DNA from: Candidatus Gottesmanbacteria bacterium
GTDB lineage: Bacteria; Patescibacteriota; Microgenomatia; UBA10105; UBA927
NCBI GenBank assembly: GCA_963711735.1
Contig: CAVQFA010000003.1
Span: 210,971-274,970, forward strand
Reading direction: 5' to 3'
Length of the DNA stretch: 64,000 bases
Shown: one piece after another, positions 38,337 through 48,652 of the stretch
How the letters are laid out: each line of letters begins with the position of its first letter
How positions within the stretch are numbered: position 1 is the stretch's first letter
Notes under the pieces: model-generated
Seen by the model: only the letters and a program-made list of their open reading frames with translations
What the model was told of the DNA's origin: nothing
Databases searched by the model: none
Translations under genes and position numbers: made by a program

Positions 38337-39267
38337 ATGAATCGGACAGAGGTTTATAAGGTATTTACTGCTCTGGTTTTATTTCCTGCGTTGTGTTTCT
38401 GTATTTTTTTACTTCTCTATACCGTTTCAAAAGCAGACGCAAACACCAATTCAATCATCAGCCCGTTGTCATCCACTGCTCTTATTCCGACACCTTCCGA
38501 AAAGCCGAATAAAGAAGAGCTTTCCGCGTCAGTTGAGAAAGCTTTGGAAGGAACGAAAGGAACATACAGTATCGTAGTTAATAATCTGAAAACCGGAGAA
38601 GCATACATGCGCGATGAACACCGCGTATATGAACCGGGCAGTTTATACAAAATATGGATTATGGCTGCTGTATATGATGCGATAGACAAAGGTAAACTGA
38701 AAGAAGAGAAAATTCTTACTCAGGATGTGCAGACTCTGAATGATGAGTTTCAGATATCAAGCGAATCAGCTGAACTTACCGAAGGGACAATATCAATGAG
38801 TGTTGCTGATGCCATATCGCAGATGATAACTATCTCCCATAATTATGCGGCACTTCTTCTTTCACAGGCCGTCGGACTTTCAAATGTAACCGCGTTTTTA
38901 CTGTCACACGGACTGAACGAATCATTTATCGGACAGCCCCCAAAAGTAAGTGCATATGACATTGCCTTCGTTTCTGGAGAAACTGTATAAAGGCGAGCTT
39001 GGTACCCCGGCGCATACCGGTCAAATGATTGAGGTGATGAAAAAACAGACGATCAACCATAAGATTCCTAAGTATCTGCCGCAAGGTACCTTTATTGCCC
39101 ATAAAACAGGAGAAATCGGACCATATTCGCATGACGCCGGAATAGTATACGGAAGAAACGGTGATTATATTATTGTTGTATTGTCCGAAAGCGAATTTCC
39201 ATCCGGCGCTGAAGAGAGGATAGCGGCAGTATCGAAAGCCGTTTACGATGTTTTTGAAGGGAAGTAA
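38337..39267 (+). pseudogene. class A beta-lactamase-like serine hydrolase, disrupted near 38935-38990 (track: +1 frameshift; ORFs 38337-38990 and 38950-39267)
   Basis: ORF1 carries SxxK (GSLYKIWIMAAVY) and an SDN-like (ISHNYAALLL) motif plus LNE. ORF2 carries TLP...LEKLYKGEL and KTG (FIAHKTGEIGPYSHD). Together they give ~310 aa, a full class A fold split at a C-run. Confidence 0.55.
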
Positions 39268-39383
39268 ATTACTAAGTTTATTTTTTAAGCAAACTATCGG
39301 CTCGCTTTAAAAAAAGATAAACAAATTACATACATACCGCTTATTTTCAGGTATTTTTCAGATTCCGGAGTATAATATACCTC

Positions 39384-40058
39384 ATGAGAATCCTCGTTAT
39401 AGAAGATGAACACCGGATAGCTAATTCCATACAAAAGGGGCTTATACAGGAACGGTATGCCGTGGATATCTCGTACGAAGGGAAAGACGGATACGATAAG
39501 GCATCCGTCGAGGAGTATGACTGTATTATTCTTGACCTTATGCTTCCGGGCATGAACGGTTTGGAGATTCTCCGAACCCTCCGTACAGAAGGCAACCATA
39601 CACCAATTCTTATCCTCACGGCTAAGGGACAAACGGGGGATAAGGTATCCGGTTTGAACACGGGTGCTGATGACTATCTCACAAAACCATTTTCGTTCGA
39701 AGAGCTTCTTGCACGGATTCGGGCCCTAATCAGACGCCCGAAAACATCAATTGGTACAATACTCACAGTCGGCGATTTGATGCTCAATACACAAACATAC
39801 GAAGTTTCTTTTAAAGGGAATGCGGTGCAGCTTTCCGGTAAAGAATACGCACTTCTTGAATATATGATGCGGAACACCGGAAGGATTCTGACAAAAGAAC
39901 AGCTTATCGCGCATGTATGGAATTATGACGCCGACATACTGCCTAATACTGTAGAAGTGTACATGAAAAATTTACGCTCGAAAATTGGTATATATACAAC
40001 CGGAAAAGCACCTCTCATTCAGACAATCCGGGGGTTCGGATATAAGATCGGAACATAA
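39384..40058 (+). CDS. OmpR-family response regulator (TCS 2, paralog of 23784-24464)
   Basis: MRILVIEDEHRIAN...; TATAAT at 39371-39376 ends 7 nt before the ATG. Confidence 0.85.
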   Translation: MRILVIEDEHRIANSIQKGLIQERYAVDISYEGKDGYDKASVEEYDCIILDLMLPGMNGLEILRTLRTEGNHTPILILTAKGQTGDKVSGLNTGADDYLTKPFSFEELLARIRALIRRPKTSIGTILTVGDLMLNTQTYEVSFKGNAVQLSGKEYALLEYMMRNTGRILTKEQLIAHVWNYDADILPNTVEVYMKNLRSKIGIYTTGKAPLIQTIRGFGYKIGT

Positions 40059-40061
40059 TGT

Positions 40062-41099
40062 ATGTTTACACGCGCACGAATTAAATTAACCGCATGGTAT
40101 CTACTCATCATTATGTTTGTGAGCGTTTCCTTCAGCTGGGTTATCTATCAGGCTATCACCCATGAAGTTGAAAGATTTGCTGAAACTCAAAAATTGCGTA
40201 TAGAACGGCGGTTAAGAGAGAGCGTTCATCCTCAAGGCGAATTTTCCCAACCGATAGCACCATCTCAAATACCTGTTATGGATCCGGAGCTTGTGGAAGA
40301 GACGAAAAGCAGATTTCTCATGACTCTCATTATTATAAACGGGAGTATCTTCCTGTTTTCCGGAGGTTTAGGGTATATTCTGGCCGGCAGAACCCTTAAA
40401 CCGATACAGGATATGCTCGACGAACAAAATCAGTTTATATCGGATGCATCGCACGAGCTGAGAACTCCTCTTACGTCTATCAGAAGCGCAATAGAGGTGA
40501 ATTTAAGGGATAAAAATATGACACTCAGCGACGCAAAAACCCTGCTTACCGAAAACATGGAGGAAGTACAAAAACTTCAAAATCTTTCCGATGCGCTTCT
40601 TACTCTTGCTCAATATAAAATTTCAAACGGAAACGTTCAAATGCACAAACTTGCTCTCCATGAAGTTTTGGTAAAGGCTTTGAAACGGGTCGAACCGATG
40701 GCAAAGAAAAAAAATATTACGTTACAAAAATCAATAGAAGAGACAGAGATAAAAGGAAACCCTGACAGTTTATGTGATATGTTCGTCATACTTCTGGATA
40801 ATGCCATAAAGTACAGTTTTTCGGATATGAAAGTTACAGTAAGCCAGAAGAATACAAACGGCAATGTCACAATAATTGTGAAAGATACGGGTATCGGTAT
40901 CGGTCCGAAGGATCTGCCGCACATATTCGATCGTTTCTACAGGGCAGACAGCGCGAGATCCAAATCAGGGGAAGGCGGATACGGACTGGGATTGTCCATT
41001 GCTAAAAATATCGTGAAAATGCATTCGGGCGTTATGGATGTTAAGAGCAAGGAAAAGAAAGGATCAACGTTTACCGTTACATTTCCCAAAACCGTATAA
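40062..41099 (+). CDS. sensor histidine kinase (TCS 2)
   Basis: 345 aa; 2 TM with ~55-aa periplasmic loop; H-box SDASHELRTPL; G boxes DTGIGI / GYGLGLSIA. Confidence 0.8.
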   Translation: MFTRARIKLTAWYLLIIMFVSVSFSWVIYQAITHEVERFAETQKLRIERRLRESVHPQGEFSQPIAPSQIPVMDPELVEETKSRFLMTLIIINGSIFLFSGGLGYILAGRTLKPIQDMLDEQNQFISDASHELRTPLTSIRSAIEVNLRDKNMTLSDAKTLLTENMEEVQKLQNLSDALLTLAQYKISNGNVQMHKLALHEVLVKALKRVEPMAKKKNITLQKSIEETEIKGNPDSLCDMFVILLDNAIKYSFSDMKVTVSQKNTNGNVTIIVKDTGIGIGPKDLPHIFDRFYRADSARSKSGEGGYGLGLSIAKNIVKMHSGVMDVKSKEKKGSTFTVTFPKTV

Positions 41100-41154
41100 A
41101 ACATCAATTTTTCAGGTTATTTTCAGTTTTCATGAGTATAAAGAAAGGAACAAT

Positions 41155-42467
41155 ATGAAAATACAGTCAATTATTGCTGTTCCAGTAGAGAGATTTAAAA
41201 AACTGGCACTCTTCCAGAAAATACTTCTTATCGCAGTCCTTGTCGGACTGGGATGGTTTACCTATACCAAAGTGTTTACAAATAAATCCGCATCTGTTGC
41301 GTACCAGACGGCAACAGCCCAGAAAGGCACCCTTATTGTCACGGTTGCCGGATCTGGACAAGTAAGTTCTGTAAACAGTGAATCCAGTGACTACGCAAGC
41401 TTCCGGTGTAGTCAAAAGCGTGAACGTAAAGGATCAGGATATGGTTCAGGGTGGGCAGGTTGTTGCCGAATTAACGCTTGATTTACTCGGACAACAGCGG
41501 TATACCCAGGCACTTGCCTCCTACCAAAGCGCGCAGAATTCCTTAGCGAGCGCGAAAGCGAATCTCTATACCACGCAGTCTGATATGCTTAACAATTGGA
41601 AAATGTATTATGACACGGCCACAAATTCAACGTACCAAAACAGTGACGGATCTCCGAATACGGACAAACGGGCTCTTGTTGACTTTGTGACACTGCAAAA
41701 CGATTGGCTTGCATCAGAAGCGAAATATAAAATAGCACTCGCGCAGGTGACTCAGTCACAAACGGCTTTGTCGTCATCCTGGATTTCACTTCAGCAGGCA
41801 TCGCCGCTCATATATGCTCCGATTTCCGGTAAAGTATCGGGATTTTCTCTGCAACCGGGAACCGTGCTTTTGTCTTCATCGACATCAAGTACAACTTCAG
41901 TTTCAAATACAAAAGTAGCAAATATTGAAACAAACGCAAACCCGCTTGGTGACCGTGAATTTAACGGAAATTGATGTTCCGAAAGTAACAATCGGTGATA
42001 AGACGACTGTAACATTTGATGCTTTAAGCGGAAAGACGTTTGCCGGAAAAGTAATCAGTATAGATACTGTCGGAACTGTCACATCAGGGGTTACGAATTA
42101 TCCGGCAGTTATTGCACTGGATACGGCAAACACCCAAATACTTCCGAATATGTCTGCAACAGCAAATATTATCACCGCAACCAAAGATAATGTTATGTTG
42201 ATTCCCTCAAGCGCGGTGCAGACACAAAACGACGTGTCAGCGGTGCGTGTGATGAAAAACGGGAAAGTCAGTGAAGTGACGGTTGAAATAGGATTATCCT
42301 CAGATACGCAAACGGAAATCGTATCGGGCATAACCGAAGGTGATACGGTGGTTTCAAGCGTAACTCAGTCAACCGGCAGCTCTACGTCTCAAACAGGCCA
42401 ATCTCCTTTTGGGATATTTGGCGGCGGTCAAAGAGGCGGAAACCAAATTCGAATTCCAAGAGATTAG
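41155..42467 (+). pseudogene. HlyD/MacA-family periplasmic adaptor (membrane fusion protein) split over three reading frames by two +1 frameshifts (~41385 and ~41935)
   Basis: ORF A (MKIQSI... TM anchor, GTLIVTVAGSGQV). ORF B (ASGVVKSVNVKDQDMVQGGQVVAELT lipoyl-like hairpin, coiled-coil, IYAPISGKV). ORF C (LVTVNLTEIDVPKVTIGDKTTVTFDALSGKTFAGKVISI beta-barrel/MP domain). Frames run 1 then 2 then 0. Confidence 0.55.
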
Positions 42468-42482
42468 TTTCCATATTTATGT

Positions 42483-43187
42483 ATGATACAAATATCTCAC
42501 GTTACCAAAATATACAAAACAGAAGCAGGAGAAACCAAGGCTGTCGATGACATTTCATTTGAAATAACGAAGGGTGAATTCGTCGCCATTATGGGTCCGT
42601 CAGGATCCGGCAAGTCAACCCTCATGCATATTTTAGGTGCACTAGATACTCCGACAAGCGGCACATATTTTCTGGATAAGGAAAATGTATCGAAACTGAC
42701 GGATGATGAACTAGCTGATATACGGAACAGAAAAATCGGATTTATCTTTCAGGCGTACAATCTTCTTCCCCGTTTAACGACGCTCAAAAACGTCATGCTT
42801 CCTATGGCGTATGCCGGAATACCCAGGGAAGAACGGGAGGAGAAAGCCCGGAAGTATCTGGAAATGGTCGGTCTCGGAGACAGGATGTTTCATACATCCA
42901 ACCAGCTTTCCGGCGGACAACAGCAGCGTGTCGCCATAGCACGGGGACTTGTTATGAATCCTTCGATTTTGCTTGCTGATGAACCGACGGGAAACATCGC
43001 AACTAATCAGGCAGAAGAGATAATGGAAATTTTTATGAAGCTGAATTCCGAGGGACATACGATTGTCATGATTACACACGAACCTGATGTGGCTGAACAT
43101 GCCAAACGCATTATATTTATCCGGGACGGAAAAATTATCAATGATAAAAAAAACGGTAAAAAATTTGTACACAAAAAGTTTTATTAG
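42483..43187 (+). CDS. MacB/LolD-type ABC transporter ATP-binding protein
   Basis: 234 aa; Walker [10 protein letters not shown], signature [15 protein letters not shown], Walker [11 protein letters not shown]. Confidence 0.85.
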   Translation: MIQISHVTKIYKTEAGETKAVDDISFEITKGEFVAIMGPSGSGKSTLMHILGALDTPTSGTYFLDKENVSKLTDDELADIRNRKIGFIFQAYNLLPRLTTLKNVMLPMAYAGIPREEREEKARKYLEMVGLGDRMFHTSNQLSGGQQQRVAIARGLVMNPSILLADEPTGNIATNQAEEIMEIFMKLNSEGHTIVMITHEPDVAEHAKRIIFIRDGKIINDKKNGKKFVHKKFY

Positions 43188-43189
43188 CT

Positions 43190-44413
43190 ATGGAACTTTC
43201 AGAAATTATCAGCGAATCATTAGGAACATTGACGCTCAATAAAATGCGTACGGGTTTGGCAGTCCTTGGAATTATTATCGGTATAGGAAGCGTCATCGCC
43301 CTTATTTCTCTCGGACAATCGAGCCAGAAATCAATTGAAAATCAAATACAGTCACTCGGGGCAAATCTTCTGACTGTTACGCCATCGCGTCAGTCATCCG
43401 GAGCCGTACGGGGTGCACTCGGGGGAGGAACAACATTGACGCTTGATGACGCGAAAGCACTTTCAACGTCACCTGAAATGACACTCATTCAGAGTGTTTC
43501 TCCTGAGTATCAGGGAAGGGCTCAGGTAACCGCAGGGGGTAATAACACAAATACGCAGATTATCGGAGTATATCCTCAATATGCTCAGATCCGGAAAGTC
43601 ACTCTGGCAAGCGGAGTATTTATCACACAGGCGGATGTAGAAACAATCCGGAAAGTTGCTGTTCTCGGATCACAATCTGCCATAGATCTTTTCGGTGAAG
43701 GAGTAAATGCAGTAGGGCAGACTATCCGTATCAACAAGCAGGTGCTAACGGTTGTGGGAGTGGCCGTTAGTAAAGGGGGATCGGGATTTAATAATACCGA
43801 TGATTCGATTTATGTACCCCTGACGACAGCGCAGAAACAACTTTTCGGTGCGGATTACCTTTCATCTATAGCCGTTGAGGCAAAGAGCCAGGATGTGATG
43901 ACCGCGGCGCAAAACCAGATCGGTTACTTACTTCTCGCACGTCACAAACTAACGGATCCCACGCAGGCGGATTTTATGATTCTGTCGCAAAGCGACATTT
44001 TAAGCACGGTAAATCAGGTTACAAATACATTCACAATGCTCCTCGGAGGAATTGCCGCAATTTCACTTCTCGTAGGCGGAATAGGCATTATGAATATCAT
44101 GCTTGTGACTGTCACTGAGAGGACTCGTGAAATCGGACTACGAAAGGCACTCGGAGCGAAGAAAAAGACAATAATAACCCAGTTTCTCATTGAATCAATC
44201 ATCCTTACGTTTACAGGAGGAATTTTCGGGATGCTTTTCGGTATAGGGGTTTCTTTTATACTTACAAAAATTATGAGCGTTCCTTTTACCCTCTCTGTGA
44301 TGTCCATATTTCTTGCCATAGGAGTATCGGGAGCTATAGGGATAGTATTCGGATGGTATCCTGCACAAAAAGCGGCAAATTTACAACCGATTGAAGCATT
44401 GAGATACGAGTAG
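43190..44413 (+). CDS. ABC transporter permease, FtsX/MacB-type (4 TM plus large extracytoplasmic domain)
   Basis: 407 aa; N-terminal TM, ~220-aa periplasmic domain, C-terminal FtsX-like 3-TM bundle ending ...YPAQKAANLQPIEALRYE. Confidence 0.8.
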   Translation: MELSEIISESLGTLTLNKMRTGLAVLGIIIGIGSVIALISLGQSSQKSIENQIQSLGANLLTVTPSRQSSGAVRGALGGGTTLTLDDAKALSTSPEMTLIQSVSPEYQGRAQVTAGGNNTNTQIIGVYPQYAQIRKVTLASGVFITQADVETIRKVAVLGSQSAIDLFGEGVNAVGQTIRINKQVLTVVGVAVSKGGSGFNNTDDSIYVPLTTAQKQLFGADYLSSIAVEAKSQDVMTAAQNQIGYLLLARHKLTDPTQADFMILSQSDILSTVNQVTNTFTMLLGGIAAISLLVGGIGIMNIMLVTVTERTREIGLRKALGAKKKTIITQFLIESIILTFTGGIFGMLFGIGVSFILTKIMSVPFTLSVMSIFLAIGVSGAIGIVFGWYPAQKAANLQPIEALRYE

Positions 44414-44496
44414 TTAAAAAAAATAAAAAACTTTTCTGTATAAGAAAATATATAAATACATAAGAATTGAAGAATTCAGAAAAGGAGGTGAATAAT

Positions 44497-44940
44497 ATGA
44501 AACAGTCTATGATAATAATAATCGTAGCTATACTGATAGTCGGGGCAGGTATGTTTTACGGAGGTATGAAATACCAGGAGAATAAAAGTTTTCAACCGGG
44601 CGGACAATTTTTAGGTCGTCAGGGAATGAGAAACGGAAACGGATTTCCCGGAGGTGGTTTAAACCGGAACGGATTTCGGCCAATATCAGGGGAAATTATA
44701 ACAAGCGATAACACGTCCGTTACGGTCAAGCTGGCAGACGGTTCGAGTAAGATAGTTCTCCTTACGGATAAAACATCCATCAATAAAGCCGCAACAGCAA
44801 GTGCAAGTGATTTAAAGGCAGGAGAGACGATCGCGGTGTTTGGCGCGGAGAATACAGACGGAAGTGTTACAGCCCAAAATATTCAACTCAATCCCATTTC
44901 CCGCATGACAGTAAATCCGACAGGAAATCAACCTCAATAA
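44497..44940 (+). CDS. hypothetical secreted Gly/Asn-rich protein
   Basis: AAGGAGGTG RBS before the ATG at 44497; signal-anchor; downstream of the efflux genes. Confidence 0.4.
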   Translation: MKQSMIIIIVAILIVGAGMFYGGMKYQENKSFQPGGQFLGRQGMRNGNGFPGGGLNRNGFRPISGEIITSDNTSVTVKLADGSSKIVLLTDKTSINKAATASASDLKAGETIAVFGAENTDGSVTAQNIQLNPISRMTVNPTGNQPQ

Positions 44941-45024
44941 GAAACAGATGCCCGTTTCGGTACGCGTGCATTTGGAGGGATTTTTTTCCTGTGGTAGAAT
45001 AAACAAAACAACAAAGGAGGGTCT

Positions 45025-45594
45025 ATGAAAACAACAGTGTCCGAGACACAGAAGAATCTTCTGCGCGCTTTTGCAGGGGAATCACAGGCAAGGAATAAAT
45101 ATACCGTATATGCAAAAGTCGCCCGGAAAGACAATCTGGAATGGATTGCACGCGTATTTGAGGAAACTGCAGATAACGAACGGGCACACGCAGAGGAACT
45201 TTTTGAGATGATCAACGTTCCGTTGTCATTTGTAAGTAATTTAAATATTCATCCGTATGCCAAAACTTCGGATAATCTCAAAGTTGCAGCCGAAGGGGAG
45301 AAGTACGAGTGGACAACGATGTATCCTGATTTTGAAAGAATCGCCGCTCAGGAAAAAGCATTCGAACCGGCAAGACTTTTCGGAAACCTGAAGAAGGTTG
45401 AAGAAAGGCACGAAGAGCGGTACATCATTATCGCAAAAAAACTTGACAGCAATACGCTCTATAACAGCGATACCATTCTTGAATGGAAATGCGTTAACTG
45501 CGGGTTTATATACAAAGGTAAAGCACCGCCCGCAAAGTGTCCCGTATGCCTTAAACCGTCGACATGGTACATGCCGCTTGGTTTGGTACGGTAA
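45025..45594 (+). CDS. rbr: rubrerythrin (ferritin-like diiron domain plus C-terminal rubredoxin-like CxxC x2)
   Basis: 189 aa; ExxH diiron ligands (NERAHAEEL ...), C-terminal CVNCGF...CPVC. Confidence 0.85.
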   Translation: MKTTVSETQKNLLRAFAGESQARNKYTVYAKVARKDNLEWIARVFEETADNERAHAEELFEMINVPLSFVSNLNIHPYAKTSDNLKVAAEGEKYEWTTMYPDFERIAAQEKAFEPARLFGNLKKVEERHEERYIIIAKKLDSNTLYNSDTILEWKCVNCGFIYKGKAPPAKCPVCLKPSTWYMPLGLVR

Positions 45595-45598
45595 ACTT

Positions 45599-47029
45599 TC
45601 AGCGACTTCTTCTGAAGAGGAAATGGGTCGTTGTAAATACAGGACGGGCAATACCCCGGAAAAACCGAGACATAAACAGCGTAATAAGTTCTTTATACCC
45701 TATTCTCGGTAAAAGCTTCATAAGCACGGAAGGCCGAAGGTAAAATTTTCGAAGTGCGGTTTTTTGGAGACGTTCCAACCGGCTCTTGGTTACATCTTTA
45801 CACGATATGATTACCGTAGAACAGTCATGTGTATTCCAGTCAATGTTTCTGAACTTTCTTTTTCCAAGCCAGCGTGCAAATGCCGCGGAGCCGGGATACG
45901 GAGTAAAAATATTAAACCACGCCCGGTCAAACGGGTAATGTAGCGCAAAATTAATCGTATCCAGAATCGTTTTTCGTGTATCTCCGGGTAGACCTAAAAT
46001 GAAAAATCCGTACGATTCTATTTTTTCCCGACGGAGGTTTTTAAGAACTCCCGGTACTACGGAAAGGCGAAGATGCTTGTTAACCGTGTCGAGAATCTTC
46101 TGATTTCCCGACTCGATACCGAGTCCCACCGCGTAACACCCTGATTGTTTCATTGCATGCAGAAGAGGCGGTGTCAGTCTGTCTATACGGACACCGTTAG
46201 GGCACTGCCACGGAAGATTGATACGCTTTTTCATAAACACTTCGCATATTTTCATTGCACGGTTCGGATCCATGGTGAAATTGTCATCGGATATATGCAA
46301 CTCTTTCACTTTATACGTTTTTTTGAGAAGCATGATCTCTCTGATAATATTTTCAGCGCTTCTATAACGGATTTGGTGTTTCCAGGTAACACCTGAAGCG
46401 CAAAATGAACACTGATACGGACATCCGCGGGTAGTGAGTATCGGAGCAATAGGGAACCCTTTGGCAGGCTCCAAAATCGGTACGATGCGGTATGCGTCCG
46501 GAGGCATAAGATCCCAGGCCGGAAAGGGAAGGCTGTCAAGATCGCCGATTAACACCCGCGGATGATTTATCTGAAACGTTGTGCTTCCGGTTGGCCGGAA
46601 TACAAGCCCGTCAATGGTTTGAAATGCATGTCCGGATGATGCAAGCACATCTGCAAGCTCCAGAAGTGTCTGTTCTCCCTCACCGATAACACCGAAATCT
46701 GCACGGAGATCGTCACATACATCTATTGGTGCGGCGGATACCTGTGTCCCGCCTATAACAATAGGCAGATGAGGATAGGCTGATTTAATATGCCGTATCA
46801 TCTGTTTTGCCAGAACATGTCCGCGTGTGAGTACCGAAATACCAACGAGATTTGGTTTTTCTTTATCAATTTCTGCGACAAAATCACTGTACGTTGCATT
46901 TCTGAGTGTTCCGTCATAGAGAGATACAGAGTGCCCATGAACTCTCAGGTATGACGCGAGATACCCAAGTCCCAGGGGAGGATGTATAACGTGCGCATCA
47001 TAATTCGGGTACAGAAGGGTTACTTTCAT
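45599..47029 (-). CDS. B12-binding-domain radical SAM enzyme
   Basis: 476 aa; N-terminal cobalamin-binding Rossmann-like region (MKVTLLYPNYD...LGLGYLASYL) and radical SAM CxxxCxxC (RGCPYQCSFCASG). Confidence 0.8.
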   Translation of the reverse strand: MKVTLLYPNYDAHVIHPPLGLGYLASYLRVHGHSVSLYDGTLRNATYSDFVAEIDKEKPNLVGISVLTRGHVLAKQMIRHIKSAYPHLPIVIGGTQVSAAPIDVCDDLRADFGVIGEGEQTLLELADVLASSGHAFQTIDGLVFRPTGSTTFQINHPRVLIGDLDSLPFPAWDLMPPDAYRIVPILEPAKGFPIAPILTTRGCPYQCSFCASGVTWKHQIRYRSAENIIREIMLLKKTYKVKELHISDDNFTMDPNRAMKICEVFMKKRINLPWQCPNGVRIDRLTPPLLHAMKQSGCYAVGLGIESGNQKILDTVNKHLRLSVVPGVLKNLRREKIESYGFFILGLPGDTRKTILDTINFALHYPFDRAWFNIFTPYPGSAAFARWLGKRKFRNIDWNTHDCSTVIISCKDVTKSRLERLQKTALRKFYLRPSVLMKLLPRIGYKELITLFMSRFFRGIARPVFTTTHFLFRRSR

Positions 47030-47106
47030 AAAAAACGTTTTTACACTATACTCTCTACTGTCGGTATTTCAGCACAAAGGGAATAATACAGTGTATTGGA
47101 ATTCGT

Positions 47107-47445
47107 ATGATAAAATCAAACCCATATCAAAAATCACCGTTTGCAGAATACTTCAACCAACTAAGCGAGGTGGATAAATCATTTAAAGATACGAAAGAAT
47201 ACGGATCCATATTGATACTGACGCTGGTTGAAGAAGTTGGTGAAATGGCGCGTGCGTACCTTGCTGAACACGGAAGAAAAAGAACGAATATTGCCGCACA
47301 GAGGGATGAAACATATGAACAGGAACTTGGTGATATTCTTGTTGCCATCATGCGTTTTGCCAGGGCAAAAAATATCAATCTTCATGAACGCATTCTCTAT
47401 ACTATAGAAAAAATCCGGAAACGCCAGACAGATCCGAAAGAATGA
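47107..47445 (+). CDS. MazG-like nucleotide pyrophosphohydrolase domain protein
   Basis: 112 aa; EEVGEMARA ... EQELGDILV, the EExxE ... ExxD metal-binding helices. Confidence 0.6.
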   Translation: MIKSNPYQKSPFAEYFNQLSEVDKSFKDTKEYGSILILTLVEEVGEMARAYLAEHGRKRTNIAAQRDETYEQELGDILVAIMRFARAKNINLHERILYTIEKIRKRQTDPKE

Positions 47446-47468
47446 TTGCCGGAAATTGGTTCCCGTCT

Positions 47469-48023
47469 TTATCTTTTCGGACAATTCGGCCAGGCGGACA
47501 ATCCGTCTGTTGAAATTTTAAACGCAGCGGTTTTGATTGCTTCCTCGGGATGAAACCTCAAGTCCGGATCGGTATCTGCATTCATGCGCATTCGGGTTGA
47601 CCGCCATGTGCCCGGAGAAAATTGGTATAAACCGCCATATAATCCGTTGATTGCACCCGGACGGAGATTGGATTCGCATACCGCGATGAGCCATAGCTTT
47701 GTCCGTTCAACACTATAGTGATTGGCGTAGTTGGTAAACCACTCATCCAGCTGTCCGGACGATACAGGTATGGGTGTCGGAGTCGGCGTTGGTGTGGACG
47801 AAGGTATCGGAGACGGAGTGGGTGTTGTTGTCGGAGTCGGTATGAGTGTAGGAGTTGGTGTAGGAACAGCTGTGGGGGTAGGCGTGGGCGGTGCAATGAT
47901 AAGCGGGATTTTGCCCAGAGACGTTTGATTGCCAAGCATGAGAAGCATTGCAAGGGGCGGGAAAAGAACCCGTCCCGTCATCGTTAAAACATGTTGTGCG
48001 AGTGATTCCATAAACTTAAGCAT
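47469..48023 (-). CDS. secreted transglycosylase-like (Rpf-like) domain protein with Pro/Thr-rich linker
   Basis: 184 aa; C-terminal ...AVCESNLRPGAINGLYGGLYQFSPGTW matches the Rpf/transglycosylase-like domain; central (PT)n linker. The start may be an internal Met at ~47981. Confidence 0.6.
   Translation of the reverse strand: MLKFMESLAQHVLTMTGRVLFPPLAMLLMLGNQTSLGKIPLIIAPPTPTPTAVPTPTPTLIPTPTTTPTPSPIPSSTPTPTPTPIPVSSGQLDEWFTNYANHYSVERTKLWLIAVCESNLRPGAINGLYGGLYQFSPGTWRSTRMRMNADTDPDLRFHPEEAIKTAAFKISTDGLSAWPNCPKR
47738..47891 (-). repeat. codon-level tandem repeat encoding the (Pro-Thr)n linker
   Basis: ggtgt(t/g)gg(a/c)g... periodicity. Explains the spurious overlapping plus-strand GVGVGV and minus-strand RLR-rich ORFs. 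Confidence 0.5.
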
Positions 48024-48075
48024 TATACTATAAATTCACATACAGGTTCTGACATGCGGTATAATTCTTGGTATT

Positions 48076-48643
48076 ATGATGCTTCTTCATGTCTGTTGTG
48101 CTGATTGCATGCTGAAGACTGTTGATTCATTGCAAAAAGAATATCCTGAAGCATCCGAAGAAATACATCTTTACTTCTATAATCCCAACATCCATCCTCA
48201 ATCGGAATTTACCGCAAGACAGCTTGCGCTTGCCCATGTTGCACAAAAATTATCACTGCAGCTTATTATTGCCAATTGGACACCGAAGGATTATTTTGAA
48301 GCGCTATCTCTCTTGACAGAAAGAAGAAAGAACGAATTCTTCCCTGCGTTGTCCGAAGTGCTGGACTCTCCGTCTCACAAAAACTTTTTCATACGCCCTG
48401 GAAAACGGATATGCTTCTGTTTCATCAACACTTCTTTCCAGCAAATATATGCATAAAGAAGCGGTGATAACAATTGGTGAGTCCTTATCCAGAAAGACAG
48501 GATTACCGTTTGTCGTTCCTATAAAAATTGAACAGACGCTTCATACAGCCGGTTTTTATAAACAGAATTATTGCGGTTGCGCATATTCTCTTATCGATCG
48601 GTTGGAAGCGAAGAATGATATCGGAAAAGAAATATTTGCCTGA
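48076..48643 (+). pseudogene. queH: epoxyqueuosine reductase QueH-like (DUF208) gene split by +1 frameshift near 48445-48455 (ORFs 48076-48456 and 48449-48643)
   Basis: ORF1 begins MMLLHVCCADC (LLHVCCAPC-type motif) ...YFYNPNIHP. ORF2 ends ...FYKQNYCGCAYS, the C-terminal CGC motif. The combined ~190 aa looks short for the family. Confidence 0.5.
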
Positions 48644-48652
48644 GCCAGATGC

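Noticed and set aside
38934-38948. Interpreting the bla-like break as programmed stop-codon readthrough or alternative genetic code
   Set aside because: TGA, TAA and TAG all clearly terminate long conserved ORFs elsewhere in the window, and translation past other stops gives nonsense. The lesion is more simply a homopolymer indel or nonsense mutation.
47582-47987. Plus-strand GVGVGV/RRYRRR ORFs and minus-strand RLR-rich ORF overlapping 47469-48023
   Set aside because: These are alternative-frame and antisense readings of the (Pro-Thr)n codon repeat in the Rpf-like gene. They have low complexity and no start context.
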